Shown piece after piece: positions 32,657 through 56,049 of a DNA stretch of 64,000 bases. This stretch comes from Chrysomallon squamiferum (Eukaryota > Animalia > Mollusca), in the NCBI GenBank assembly GCA_012295275.1, contig CM022665.1, forward strand, positions 4,898,001 through 4,962,000. The letters are read 5' to 3'. The notes below the pieces were generated by a model. It searched no databases, was not told where the DNA came from, and was given only the letters and a program-made list of their open reading frames with translations. The stretch's first letter is position 1. Every line of letters begins with the position of its first letter. The translations under genes were made by a program, and so were the position numbers.

Positions 32657-33634
32657 ACCTACAAATACAGTAATAATAATAAGAAGAACAACAACAATAA
32701 TGTTAATGATGTGATGATTTTGATAATGATGATGAATAAATAAATCAATAAATAGCATGATGCTGTATCGTCAGTTTTTCATTTTTCTCTTTTCTCTTTT
32801 ATTTTTATTATTATTATTTTTTTAAATTACTATTATTTATATGTTTAATTAATTATTTATTTATTGTATTATTATTTTTTTTTAAACTCGTGTTAACAAA
32901 ACTTTAAATCTGCCACAAAGTATTACAATTACACATGTAAAATTTTTTAAAAATTATTTATTTATTTATTTATTTTATTATTATTTTTTAAAACCTGCCA
33001 CAAAGTATTATAATTACACATCTATATAGCATCTTCATTCAGTTTCCTGAACTTCACTGAAAAAAGTATCATGATCGGTGAAAAAATTAAAATGAATAAT
33101 TCTGTCTACCAGTATTATACGATCTACATGTGACTGCGAAATGTTACACCTACTCATTACACCTTTACCTTAAGGCATAAATATAACAAATATCTTTAAT
33201 CCTATTTGATAAGAAACAGAAGCAAAAAATCAATAAATCAATAAATAAATAAACAAACAAACCAATGAATGAATGAATGAATTAAAAATCGAAGAAAAGG
33301 AAAAAGCACTTATACTAATATTAACACATGCAGGTATACAAAACCCTACACGTAAATGTGAACATGAACAAACGTACATACGTACATGGTACGAGCAGAT
33401 ATAAGGAGAGCAAAAGAAAGGGAGCAACAGTCAGACAATCAGACAAACAGACAACACACAGATAGGCAATATAGACAGGCAGACACACAGACAAAGCAAA
33501 CAGGCAAATAAATTAATTTAGAACGGCGCATATTATATATGAACGAGTCCTACCAGAAAGATCCAGCTACGCTTTGTTTCTTAAAGTAGGTCGCGTCAGC
33601 ATCTATCATCAAACTACTAAATAATTAAACTCAC

Positions 33635-33698
33635 CTTGCTGTTCTGAAGTCAGCAACTAAATACTGGGATTTGGTAGACGGGTGCTCACTTATTTATG
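33635..33698 (-). promoter_or_regulatory. Putative core promoter (CATAAATAA) and short non-coding first exon of the GPI-protein gene
   Basis: TATA-like element at 33690-33698, Inr-like ccagt about 30 bp downstream, then a strong donor aag|gtgagt at 33635/33634. Confidence 0.5.
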
Positions 33699-34158
33699 CA
33701 ATGACACTCGAGACAAGAATATAAGCTGCATAAATGCTGGTGATTTCCGATGACTAACAAGGCAATTCACCATTCAGCGGATAGCTAAATCTAGTCACAT
33801 GACTCACGAATCGAGAAGGAAACATAGGGAAGGGAAAGAGAACGAGAAAGCCTGGTTTTACCCTTCAAAGCAGGGTATCTACAGTTCCATACGTCTTTCC
33901 TTTGACACCGTTCTCGGTTATATTTCGGTGACGTTCTACATTATGTCATTGCTTGAACTTTGATCCACCTAAACTAGATAATGAAGTGTCATTTCTGCTG
34001 AAATGAAAACGTTGCACTATAATTGCCAGTCATACCTGTATGAATTTATTCACGATAAACACATATTTATATAAAAAGTACAGAAAATACCTATTCTCCC
34101 GCACTACGTAGACAGGTGACGACACAACTCGGTCACCAAGACAACATACATACATACA

Positions 34159-34192
<34 letters not shown>

Positions 34193-34353
34193 CATACATA
34201 CATACATACATACACACATACATACATACATACATACATATATACATACATACATACATACACACATACATACATACATATATATATATACATACACACA
34301 CATACAATCATACATACATACATACACACATACATACATACATACACACATAT

Positions 34354-34400
<47 letters not shown>

Positions 34401-34605
34401 CATGTATACATATACATATTCATAGTTATACATTTAAAGACATACTTATCTGCATTAAGAAAGAAAAAAAATTATATATATATATATGAAAATCTTGTGT
34501 TGCATGTATGCATATTGTATATTTGTTTGTGTGTGCATGTGTTTGTGTGTGTATGTATGTATGTATGTATGTTTCTGTATGAGTGTTTGTGTATGTGTAT
34601 ATATC

Positions 34606-34638
<33 letters not shown>

Positions 34639-34677
34639 ACATAGACATGGACATACACCAACATAAATATATGAATA

Positions 34678-34740
<63 letters not shown>

Positions 34741-35798
34741 ATTTCTTTTTTTCTCTCTGATTCCGTATCTACTCTTCCTCTCTACTTTTTTTCTCATAAA
34801 TTTAATGTTATACTTCATTAACACTACCAGGGGAAAAACAGTCTGAGAGAAACGGGCGCAATTATTGTACTTAGATAATGAAATCCGATTCATTGTAAGC
34901 ATAAATCATTCGTCGACCCACTACAGTGGTCTCTTGAATCCACGTTGGATTATTACTAAAATTAAAACAGAAACGTTTACAATTTTCAACACTTTAAAAG
35001 CGTTAATCTAGCGAGTTCCAGGTCACACATGTCAACTTGGGGATCGGAGTGTTACTGTATACCTTTATTTTACCTGTCTAGCAAATCTTTGGCAAATTAT
35101 CGATCGTTGCAATTGCCCATGCAGTCTTTCGCGATGTTCCATCGATCTGTCTCCTTTCCTATCAGAACGTATTTTTTTTTTTTTCTTTTTTTTTGTATTC
35201 TCTCTTCTTCTGAATCTGACATTCTTTTCAAAACTGAAGATTCACTCGAAGAAAACTGGTGACATGGTTTTTTTCTAACAATGAATATTTTTCTCGAATA
35301 ATTCTTTCATTGCCTTAGATGTTTGTTGCTCTGGTGCTGTTGGTACTGAAAAAGAAAAATCTAAATGAAATGATTAATGATAAAATACCAGAAGATGTAA
35401 GATCGAACCTACTTTGTTCGTCCTTATATCTAGGACTTCGTGGGTATGTGTTTTTGTATCACAAATTTGATGTTAGTGAAAGATAATATTAATAAATTCC
35501 TCATTGTGTTTATATCTTCCTTTTCTTCTTTTTCTTCTTCTTCTTCAAATCTTTATATTTATTTAATTATTTAATCACAACCCAAACACGGTGCTACGAA
35601 TAAAGCAACTTTCGTTATTTCAGTTTCAGTAATCGAAATTTCAAGATCCTATGTACAAACTATGATAACATGTATATACAATGACGATCGTGTTAAAGCT
35701 GGGGAAAATAACATAACTTTCAAATCTACCTTTATTCTTCTTAAGACCTTGAAAATCACGGTTGTGGATCTGAACTGCATTAGTAAAATAATACTACG

Positions 35799-35806
35799 TG
35801 ACGTCA
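35799..35806. promoter_or_regulatory. Full palindromic CRE (TGACGTCA) upstream of the hidden plus-strand gene
   Basis: Exact motif about 90 bp upstream of a donor (aag|gtaaat at 35895) that could end a 5' UTR exon. Confidence 0.3.
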
Positions 35807-36540
35807 CTCGTTACAGATTAGCAACAGTCTCTCTGGTTCCATCATGTGACATAAACAACGGATGACGTTATTAAATCATGATCATTTCTGCAAAGGTAAA
35901 TTTGGGCTTATTTAATATTTAAAAACTGTGAAATTTAAAATCTGCTGTTTTGTACGGAGAAAACGTATGCTACCATGTCAAAGTATAACTATTATTATTT
36001 TTCTTCTTCTTCTTCTTCTTCTTCTTCTTCTTCTTCTTGCAATACGACGACGGATTCAAGATTTCATAAAGGTGAAACGCGCAGAAGAAAGACGTAGGGC
36101 GTGTCTGATGCGAAACCCACCCAACAGCCCCCTTATTCGGTCGCACGTATTCAGCCTAGGAAGAAAAAAAATTGACACGAGCATCATAAAATGCTAAATA
36201 TTATTTACAGTGTACATATGAGTGTGCATGTGTATATATTTACAGAAAGACAATGCCTTATAAAAGTTCATCCTACTTCCTAAAATAATAATAATAATAA
36301 TAATAATAATACATCGAAAATGTTGTGTGCTGTTATGCGTCTAAAATAGGAAGCGTTAAGCGGGAAGAGGTTAAATGAAAAATCCCTTTAAGGAAAGCGT
36401 AGACTTTGTTTATTTATAGATTTGTATTTTGATGTGTGGTACACTTTATTACAACTAGCTAATTATAATTTTATTTACAAAAAGCAGTAATCTGGTTCAG
36501 TTGTCTAGGGAGACGCATCTGGCATCCGTATCAAATACGT

Positions 36541-36609
<69 letters not shown>

Positions 36610-36696
36610 TGTGTGTGTTTTTTATGTTTTTTTGGTTTATATTTTTTTTCTTTATTTTATATTTTTTATTTATTATTTATTTATTTTATTAATTTA

Positions 36697-36733
<37 letters not shown>

Positions 36734-36742
36734 TATTTATTT

Positions 36743-36777
<35 letters not shown>

Positions 36778-36806
36778 TTTGTATAGTTTCGTCAAGTCAC
36801 GTCATC

Positions 36807-37505
36807 ATGGCGGAAGGTAGAAGTCCTTACATTCTTCGTGCTTGGAGAATAAGGGAAAACATGGAAGAGATCTGCAGATTAATGGTTATGATCAAAAAAA
36901 AAAGGTGAATCTTTCCTACTTCAAATAATTATCGATAAACTTAGTTTCAGGATTTTACAAAGCGTAAAACCAAACACTCAGAAAAAACCAACTGTATTTA
37001 CTCTTTATTTCATTTTTCATTATAATTATTATTTATTTATTTATTTATTTAATAATATTCAAAAATATTAATATATATGCTACAACCACCATAACAAACA
37101 TCACTACCACGATCACTACAACTATTACTACTACCACTACAACCCTACACATTCTACTGATATTTTTTTTATGATTAGTTTTTATTATTTTATTCCTATA
37201 GTTATTATTATTGTTTATATTATTGTTGTTATTGTTATTAGTTTGGTGTAATTTATTTATTTTCTTGTTTTGTAAAGTGTATTTAGTAGACATATACTTC
37301 GTTGAATTATTTTTCTACTTTTAGTATTGTTCCTACTACTGCTATTCTACAACTGCTACTACTCTTATTACTGCTACTACTACTGCTGCTGCTGCTACTG
37401 CTACTACCACTACTATTACTACCACTACTTTCATCATCTTCATCATCATCATCATCATTATTATTATTATTACTATTATTATTAAAATATTATTATTATT
37501 ATTAA

Positions 37506-37562
<57 letters not shown>

Positions 37563-37985
37563 GTTATTATTATTATTAGCGTCAGGAACTGTACCGGATG
37601 ACAGAAGAAGTAAAGATTCTAGTGGAAGGTATAGAAAATCTAAGAAGAAACCCTGCAGTAATCTGTCCGTCACGTGAGTTCTTATTAACAGTGTTTATAT
37701 ATCTGTAACAGACTACAGTGACTACATTACATAGTTTTCTTTAATTTATTGTTAGTATAATAAATATGCAACAGTGCGACAAATAATAAAAACTGCAACG
37801 ACAACGATAATAACAATAATAATAATAATAGTAACAAAACCAACCACAGAAACAACAATAACATCAATAACAACAACAACAACAACAACAACAACAATAA
37901 TAATAATAATAATAATAGTAATAATAATAATAGCAAAAACAACCACAGCAACAGTAACATCAATAACAACAAGAACAACAACAAC

Positions 37986-38054
<69 letters not shown>

Positions 38055-38543
38055 CATCAATTATTATAATAAGAATAATATGGCGATAACCGACTAAAAA
38101 ATATAACAGCCATTCCTGTATCGTGATTCATGTTTTATTTTTATAGTATTTAATTTAATTTAATTTAATTTAATTTTATTTAATTTTATTTTATTTTATT
38201 GCGCTGGCTGAACTGCAGAATATTCGAAAATCCATTCATTCGCCAGTAATGTGTCGATACAGAGAAAATATTTTCACGATCTGTCTAATTGTGCTAACCA
38301 GTTATCTCAGCTGGTGGGTATTCTTCTTATTTTTCTTCTTTTCTTCTTCTTCTTCTTCTCTTCCTTCTTTTCTTCTTCTCCTTCTTCTTCGTCTTCTCTT
38401 TCTTTTTCTTCTTCTTTTTCTTCTTACTGTTCCTACTACTACTGTTACTATTTCAGAGACAAAGGCTGCGTCAGATACTGGATAATACAAATTCAGATGT
38501 CGATATTTTCTTAGGTCAGAAAAAGCAAGACACAGGTTAGCTA

Positions 38544-38638
<95 letters not shown>

Positions 38639-38891
38639 TTCACTACTTCTCTGTCGAAAAATTTGTTTCATTAGTTTTTCAAGTTTTAGTCATTTTGTAT
38701 CTAAATGCAGAGCTTTCCGAATTCTGTAAATAAACTTAAAATTTTATATCTTCTGATCTGTAATGATCATTTAAAAAAAAAAAAAAAAAAAAAAACAACA
38801 TTAATTCGAAAATTCATGTACGTACATTTTCATTTTTATTTTTATATAGTAAATTAAACAATGTTGGTCATCAGCCATTGAAATTATGTTC

Positions 38892-38922
<31 letters not shown>

Positions 38923-39537
38923 TTTGTAAAGCTAGTCAGACTAATTATCGACTGACTTGTGCAGAATGCATCATGCGGTCTCAATCGGAAATAACTCCAG
39001 CGACAAAGAAAATTGAAACTCCGGTCAAATCCAAATCCGAGTCGGTTAGTTCGTGTTACTGAGATAATTCTAAGTAATTTCAGTGGCTCCATCCACCACA
39101 AATATAACTCAGAAGACTGAGTATTCTCTATATGTTCTCGTCATTACCTTCGTATGCGTTTCTTATTTGTTACAATTATACTAGTGCTATTATTATTAGT
39201 ATTATTAGTAGTAGTAGTAGTAGTACTACTACTATTATTACTATTATTTAAAAAAAAACTACTTTGATTCCATTCTTATTTTAAAATTAATATATTACTG
39301 AAGAAGAATATAAATAATAAATAAATGAATAAATAATTAATTAAAATAAAACAAATGCCTGTACTAAAATAGAAAACATATATTTTTTTTTTTAGACTAT
39401 ATATAAGAAATGGGGTTCTCCTGATATTCCATATCGTCCGCTCATTGATTCTGAAGGTAATAATTAATTTTTGCTATTTCTCTCACGTAGATTCAGAAAT
39501 ATATGTTTATCGATATGCAGTGTGCTGCAACTTTCCT

Positions 39538-39610
<73 letters not shown>

Positions 39611-39619
39611 ATCTATCTA

Positions 39620-39652
<33 letters not shown>

Positions 39653-39685
39653 GTCTATCTATCTCTCTATCTATCTATCTATCTA

Positions 39686-39739
<54 letters not shown>

Positions 39740-39946
39740 CATCTACTTCTTCTTCCATCTGTAGACTCTGAAGAAACGGAAAGTTTACAAAGAGGAGACA
39801 AAAAGAAAAAACCAAAGAAAAAAAAGAAATATCCTAAAAAGCAAGCGAAGAATGGATTTTTTCACGACATGTTTCGCTTATTTTCCTGCATGCAGTGGAC
39901 ATACTTAGCTCAAACGATGGGTGTGTTTGTCTTCTGGCCTGAATAA
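36807..39946 (+). CDS. Unrecognised 215-aa protein from seven small exons (helical N-terminal half, acidic then Lys-rich linker, aromatic/hydrophobic C-terminal tail)
   Basis: Exons 36807-36884, 37580-37673, 38219-38313, 38457-38514, 38965-39044, 39396-39456, 39765-39946. All introns GT-AG with matching phases (0,1,0,1,0,1) and no internal stop; context catcATGGCG; AATAAA overlapping the end of the stop codon. Confidence 0.8.
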
Positions 39947-40881
39947 TAAACATTAACCAATCTGAGCTGAACATTAATCACTCTGATCTAAATAAAAATG
40001 GTACGATTTGTCCCACTCAAAATAAAAACAATACAATTAGTTCCATTCCTAATTTAAAAAGTATAATATAAATTCCAGGTTATGCAAAAAAATGTAACAT
40101 TAATCCCAGTCAAAGCAAAAATGACAAAATTAGCTCCTGTGTTTTTATAAAGGTTAAAAAAGAAAAGACTTGTAGCAAAAATAAATTATGTGTAGCTGAC
40201 ATAGTTTTCGTTGTTGTTATTTCTAACACGAATTAGCTTTTATTTAAAATGAAAATTTGCTGTTTTCCATTTCATATGATTGTAAATCAAACACAGTTAT
40301 TATGTGACTTTTACAAATGATAGAAAAGAATCTCGTTGGGGATAGTATACATTAATATCCTTCATCGGTTTATCATACATATACTGTTTTTCTTTTGAGA
40401 TTAGAGCCAGTGAAACTGTTTTATTTATTACCTGTGAATCTGTTACCTTTACCGATTTCCACAACTGTACCTTATTCCTTTATAATAACTAATTACTTTT
40501 TTTTTATAATTAATAGCTTCAGTAAGACATGGCTGTTAATAACAAATAAGATTTAAGCTTTATAATCCTTGACATTTCATCTGTAAATCATTTTACTCGT
40601 GTGGTACCTGCCTCTACATAGTTAGAAAGTTAACTCTGCTGATCCTTGTATCAAAGTCTTAGTTCATGGATTACTAATACAACATAGTAGTTCTCCAAAA
40701 CAGATACATTTAACATTAAGCTCTAATTTACTCATTCTCAACCTAGGCAGTGGTGCCCCATTGCGAAAATACTGGGCAGTGTTAAAGATTGTATTTTTAT
40801 AAAGAATAACTCATTAAGTTCATTAATGTCTAAAGTACTTTCGTCACTATCTGTTAATGTACATAATGTAATAATAATAAG

Positions 40882-40923
<42 letters not shown>

Positions 40924-41625
40924 TTTGTGTATATCGGAACCTTTTGTCTGTAGCCCCATCAAATAATAAACAATTAGTAAAACATTTTCGGAGCGGAATA
41001 ATTTTTATTATAAAAACATTCCTGCTATGTAATTCATTTATATGGCAGAGCAGAAAGATAATTCATGATGTAATCTGGCCCTGGAAGAAACAAAACAAAT
41101 CCAAAGAGTTAAAATAATATATAACGTTTTGCTTTAGTAATGATGATGATGATGATGATGATGATGATAATAATAATAATATAATAATAATAATGATAAT
41201 AATAACAACAACAACAATAATAATAAAAATGATCATGAACATGAGAATGAATAAAAATATAACAGTTCTGAAAGGTTAGTTTTATTATCATCATCATCAT
41301 CATCATCTTTATTATTATTATTATTATTATTATTATGATTTTAAATATAATAATTAAAACAAAATAAAATAAAATTTGTGGTTAACAAATTATTGTTTCT
41401 GAAAGTTAACTTTATTTCGTAAACCTTCAGTTTATTTCCCCGGATATAAATTTCTTAATATTATTGAACATCCACCCAGAAATAATCCTTGAATCCTATA
41501 ACAAAATATTAATCTTACAAATGAATTAATAGGTGATAAATGAAATTATCCAAAAAAAAGTATGGATTGTTTCTATATCTATATCTATTTATCTATTAAT
41601 ATCTATCTATCTATCCATCTATCTC

Positions 41626-41656
<31 letters not shown>

Positions 41657-41683
41657 CTCTGCTTACCTTTTAAAGGTCAGTAT

Positions 41684-50819
<9,136 letters not shown>

Positions 50820-50879
50820 GACGAGATTTGAAAATTGTTTATTTCATAAAACTAATATGTGTCTCCGTTTTCACCATGG

Positions 50880-50887
50880 TTTTTATA
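50880..50887 (-). promoter_or_regulatory. TATA box of the CAP gene
   Basis: TATAAAAA on minus about 60 bp upstream of the ATG at 50819. Confidence 0.6.
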
Positions 50888-51980
50888 GTGTAGCTGAAGA
50901 AGAGACGGACACGACCGAGTAAAACACCATCCAATAAGATTGAACGAAACAACCTTTTTTTTTTTTTTTTTTAATGTTATCGGAAAATCACGGATGTCCA
51001 ACATCCACCTGTTCATCTACAAACCCTGTATTAGTTTATATCTCATGAAATTTTTAATATGCTGATTTTATTATTCCCCGCTGTTAGATTGCATCAGGAA
51101 TGCTGTTGTAAATAATATTACTGACTTGTTAATTGAAACATGACGTCGTTTTATTAATTCCTAATGCAAAAGTTGACGTTATTTCCCTTTCTGGTCACTG
51201 CTCCATAGTTAGAGATGCATTGTAGACCGTGGTACGAGGTTTTCTGTGTGAGTCGTTCATAATAAAGATCTGCATGCTTTTAATTATTTAATATATATAT
51301 ACACACACACACACACAGACACACAGACACACACTAACACATACACACATGTATTATTTTTATGTATTTATTCTTTGTTTCTTTGACTGTTTCGCTGGAT
51401 CTTAATAAAAATGGGTATGTTGCCCCTCATTAATAATGCAAATATAACCAATTAATTGCTAAATGTGTCTTTGATTTCTTCAAATTTTAAAAACAAAATT
51501 ATTATTATTTTTTTCACATTGCATAATGTTTAGAAGAAACAAAAATTATTATAGGATTTATTGCCCATGGTGCTGATGCCTATGATTTTAGAACTGTCCG
51601 TGAAAAAACACTTCCCGTAATAATTTTTAACTTGGTAAGTGAAAAAAACTCGTTCAATAGGCTTTTCAATTTGTCATTAGCTAGTGTTTAGATAAACAGA
51701 ATAGAGTTATGTATATTGTTATTAGTGCCAAAATCTTTAAAATTCTTTTAAATATATATGTCCTTTTCAAAAGCAGTGTTAAAAACTAAATTCTATTGCT
51801 TTTCATTAAAATACACTTACGGCAGAACGAAAGATTATCATGATGTATTGTGTCAACTTCCTAATGATTGTCTGAGCGTTTTTAAAAATCAGTGTTTGTC
51901 AGTAACCAAGCATGACCTTAAAATAAAAACGTTAGGATTTAACGAAATTGATATTTCTTTTTTAAATTTTCATTAGGACA

Positions 51981-52107
<127 letters not shown>

Positions 52108-54430
52108 ATTACGCATGTATTGTTGTCCTAATGAAAATTTAAAAAGAACACAAAACAAAAACAACCCCAAAACCCAGACTAGAATAACAAAAAAGCTACA
52201 AATAAACACTGGGCTTTACCCCCTCAAAGAAACAAGCAACGTGAAAACAAAAGAAAAAAGTAAATTTTTTTAGTCAGCTAAATATACTACAAACGTATAC
52301 TATTTTTACTACTCCTTTAACATAGATAACACCGCATTAGTCAAACAAAATCAACAACAAACACAACAACAACAACAAAAAACAAACACATTTTTTTTTT
52401 TAAATTCTCCTGCAAAAATAAATAATTGTCACAATTATTAAAACAAATTCATTTTTTGTTTTGTTTTATAAATATACTTTTGGCAGCGCAAGAGTATAAT
52501 TCTAATTTACGTTTCAATTAATGTGTACCACGTATTTTTAGTCACCCACGAATTCTACAGTACATTAATTACGTTAATTTCCGTTGGTATAGAAACATCA
52601 CTCACTAATGAAAAAATAAATGTAACAGGACGTTCTGGAACTGTAAACATTAATGAGTATTAATATTCAAACTGACGCTTAATTAAGATGATATCTCTTA
52701 CGCGACGATCCTGCCTTTTCACGTTTTTGTTATTTTCAAATTATTAGATTGTGATGGTAATTGAAGGTAAAACTATGGTGACATTTTGCTAGCCATCTGC
52801 TGGTTAGTAATCATAGGTTTTGTCTGATTTATTCTGTAAAAAAAAAAATATAATAAAAAATAAAAGATATAAGATAAATAAATAAAATAAAATAGAATAA
52901 ATTATATATATATATAATGATGATGATGATGATGATGATGATAAAAATGAAAATGTGATCGTAATAAAGATGATAATGACAGTGATAATGCAAATAATAA
53001 AAGTCGTAATAATAATAATAATAATAATAGTAATAATAACAATAATAATCATGCTCAGTGTAATAATAAAAAAAAATATATCGTATACATTCCTATGTAA
53101 GTATATACGAATAAATAAATAAATAAATAAATAAAAATAAATAAATAAATAAATAAATAATTATAAATAAACAAATATATAATCAGTGTTCATTATTTTG
53201 TTGTTATTTTATTGCTAATGGCCACAATACAATCCCGGGTGAATTTTTTTGTGGCACGACATGAAAGTCTATATGCTACTGAACAATGATTTCATCTTTT
53301 TATTTATTTATTTATTTATTTATTTGCTTCGGATAAATGTGATAGTCATAAAAAAACTTTAAAAAAATAAATATTTATTTTCAAGAATTAGTCTTTTTCT
53401 TTTATGAAGAAACAAGCATTGGCAGCAAAAAAAAAAAAAAAAAAAAATAGAAACTGATGATTTCCAAACAAAACGATTTAAGTGAATTTGTTTATTTCTG
53501 ATTGCAAAGGGCATGTCGGAAAGGTTTGGAAATAGTTTCAGAAAATATATATATATATATATATTTTTTTTTTTTTCCTATAATGTGTAAAGAATGATAG
53601 CAGAGCTATTGTGATTCTACATTTTGAAGACATTACAAGACAGATGTTGCGGTTATTTTCTCTCAAATAGTTTTTACTGGTGACTTGAAGCAATTGGCGA
53701 ACAAAATGACAGAGGATCGTAACACACGTACGGACCAACTACGCCTGATGTTTGTGGTGTGACACGATGTGTAATTTGTTATTCAAATTCTCAAGTTGCA
53801 AAATTTGAAGCCTTTATTAATGACCTGATATGAGGTTATCGTACTAATGAAAGAATGATTGGTTACATGACCGCTTGAGTTGAGTTATTATGTTAATACT
53901 GGTGTCTTAAATATGTGAGAAATCACACCCAGTGAGAAAGAATGTTTGCGCCTGATAAAATCTCGTAACTGTTAGTCATATCCGGAGTCAACCACGAAAT
54001 TTGATACTGATTTGTATTATTGATGTGTTTGTTTTCTACGTTACATTTTGCTTTTTATGACGAAAAGCGATTTAAAAAGTAAGTCATGTCCGAAATGAAG
54101 GCAATGTTTGGAGGAAAGCAGATAAGTAACAGTTTAGGGCAAAATAAATCCTTTTGTGTTAGTGTTTTTAACTGGTCTAATCTTAATGACTCGCTCGATG
54201 ATGTTATCTTTAGTTTGTCAGGGATTTTTGTTTGTGTGTTTATTCATTGTTATTTTGCAGTGACTCTTGTCGATCCTAGTGTGACACACACACACACACA
54301 CACATACATTGGCCCATGTATACATACACTGACACATATATTCATATATACATATACACTGACACATATATTCATATATACATATACACATTTAGACAGA
54401 CAAAGAAACATACAAATATATACATACACT

Positions 54431-54472
<42 letters not shown>

Positions 54473-55282
54473 CACACAGAGCTTTTCTTTGTTACATAAA
54501 AGAAAAGCCCATAAAGGCAACATTTGGTAAAGCAATCAGATTTACAGACTAAAACGACACACATTTCAGATTTCTTTTTAATTTTGAATTTTGTTTTTCT
54601 TATTTATTTTTTGTTAATTTATTTTTTCATTATTTTATATGAATATGTGTTTTTCTTTTTCTTTTTTTATATACGGATTTATTATATATATTTTTTTTTT
54701 TGTTGTTGTTGTTGTTGTCGTTGCTTTGGTCGCTCTGGTCGATTTTTAAATTTTAATTTATTTTTTTTTTTTTTATTTTTTATTTTTTTTTTTTTGGGGG
54801 GGTGTTACTGTTGTTGTTTTTTGTTCAACATATATTTAATGTTTTTTAAAAGTTGCAGATTTTTGTTTTTATGTTTTTCCAGTTTGGTTCTTGTTGGAAA
54901 TTAATTCGTTTGATGTATTTATGTTGTTTTTTTTCAAAGATCCTACATGAAAGAAATGCTGTTATAAGCAACAAGTGGACCCGACCTCCTACCTCTAAAC
55001 ATCTTTAAAAAGAAAACGCAATATCGCTTCTGAGTGCCATTTCAAAGTGCATTAAAATATTGTATCTTTAATGTATTGCCTGCATACCTTGCTCTCTGTT
55101 GGTTATATCGATAACTGTTGAATCACTGAAAGGAATCCAATATCGATTTATTGTTTAAAATTTCATTTATATTAACTGTATACCCGTACATGAAATACCA
55201 GCGATATCTTTCATGATAATTTATGGCATCTACAACTTGTTTAGAATAAAGAGAAATTCTATCCTACGGTGTTTTGTGTGTG

Positions 55283-55337
<55 letters not shown>

Positions 55338-56013
55338 GTTGTTGTTGTTGTTGTTGTTGTTTTTGTTTTAAAATAAAAGTGTAGTTTGTTTAAAGACGAA
55401 ATATATTAGTGTACATAGGAAGTACTTCAGTTTCGGAAAGCTAATAAAAACAAATTTCTTTTTCTTTCTTATAAAATAAAAACCAAAATAAATACATTGT
55501 TATTTTTACCACTAATACTAATACTATTACTATTATTACTTGTATTATTACTGTTACTACTGTTACTACTGCTACTACTGCTACTACTACTGGTGCTGCT
55601 GCTACTACAACTACTACCATTACATTTAAGAAACTAGGAAGGAATAAAAGTTTATTTTCCTTCCTTAATGTTTAGATAAGACATTTTTTTTTTTTTTTTA
55701 AACCCAGTAGAGACGTCAAACATAATTATACTTGGGGACCCCATACAAGTTGTCAAGAGATAAAGTTAACTGTTTTTGGTCTGGGGTGTCGCTTAAACAT
55801 TCATTCATTCATTCATTCGTTCGTTCATTCGTTCGTTCATTCATTCGTTCGTTCATTCATTCATTCATTCATTAAGGTAACTGCTCTGTGAGATGACAAC
55901 TCCTTTTCGAACAGCAGCGTTTTTTTTTCTATGCAAGAACAAAGACTTTGAGAAATCTGGATCAGAGCATCACGTAGTCTAGCAACGAGGAGGATCGATC
56001 CTCGGACCAGTCT

Positions 56014-56046
<33 letters not shown>

Positions 56047-56049
<3 letters not shown>

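Noticed and set aside
53671-53727. Exon-like stretch FTGDLKQLANKMTEDRNT on plus
   Set aside because: No phase-compatible partner exon found; could be chance or UTR.
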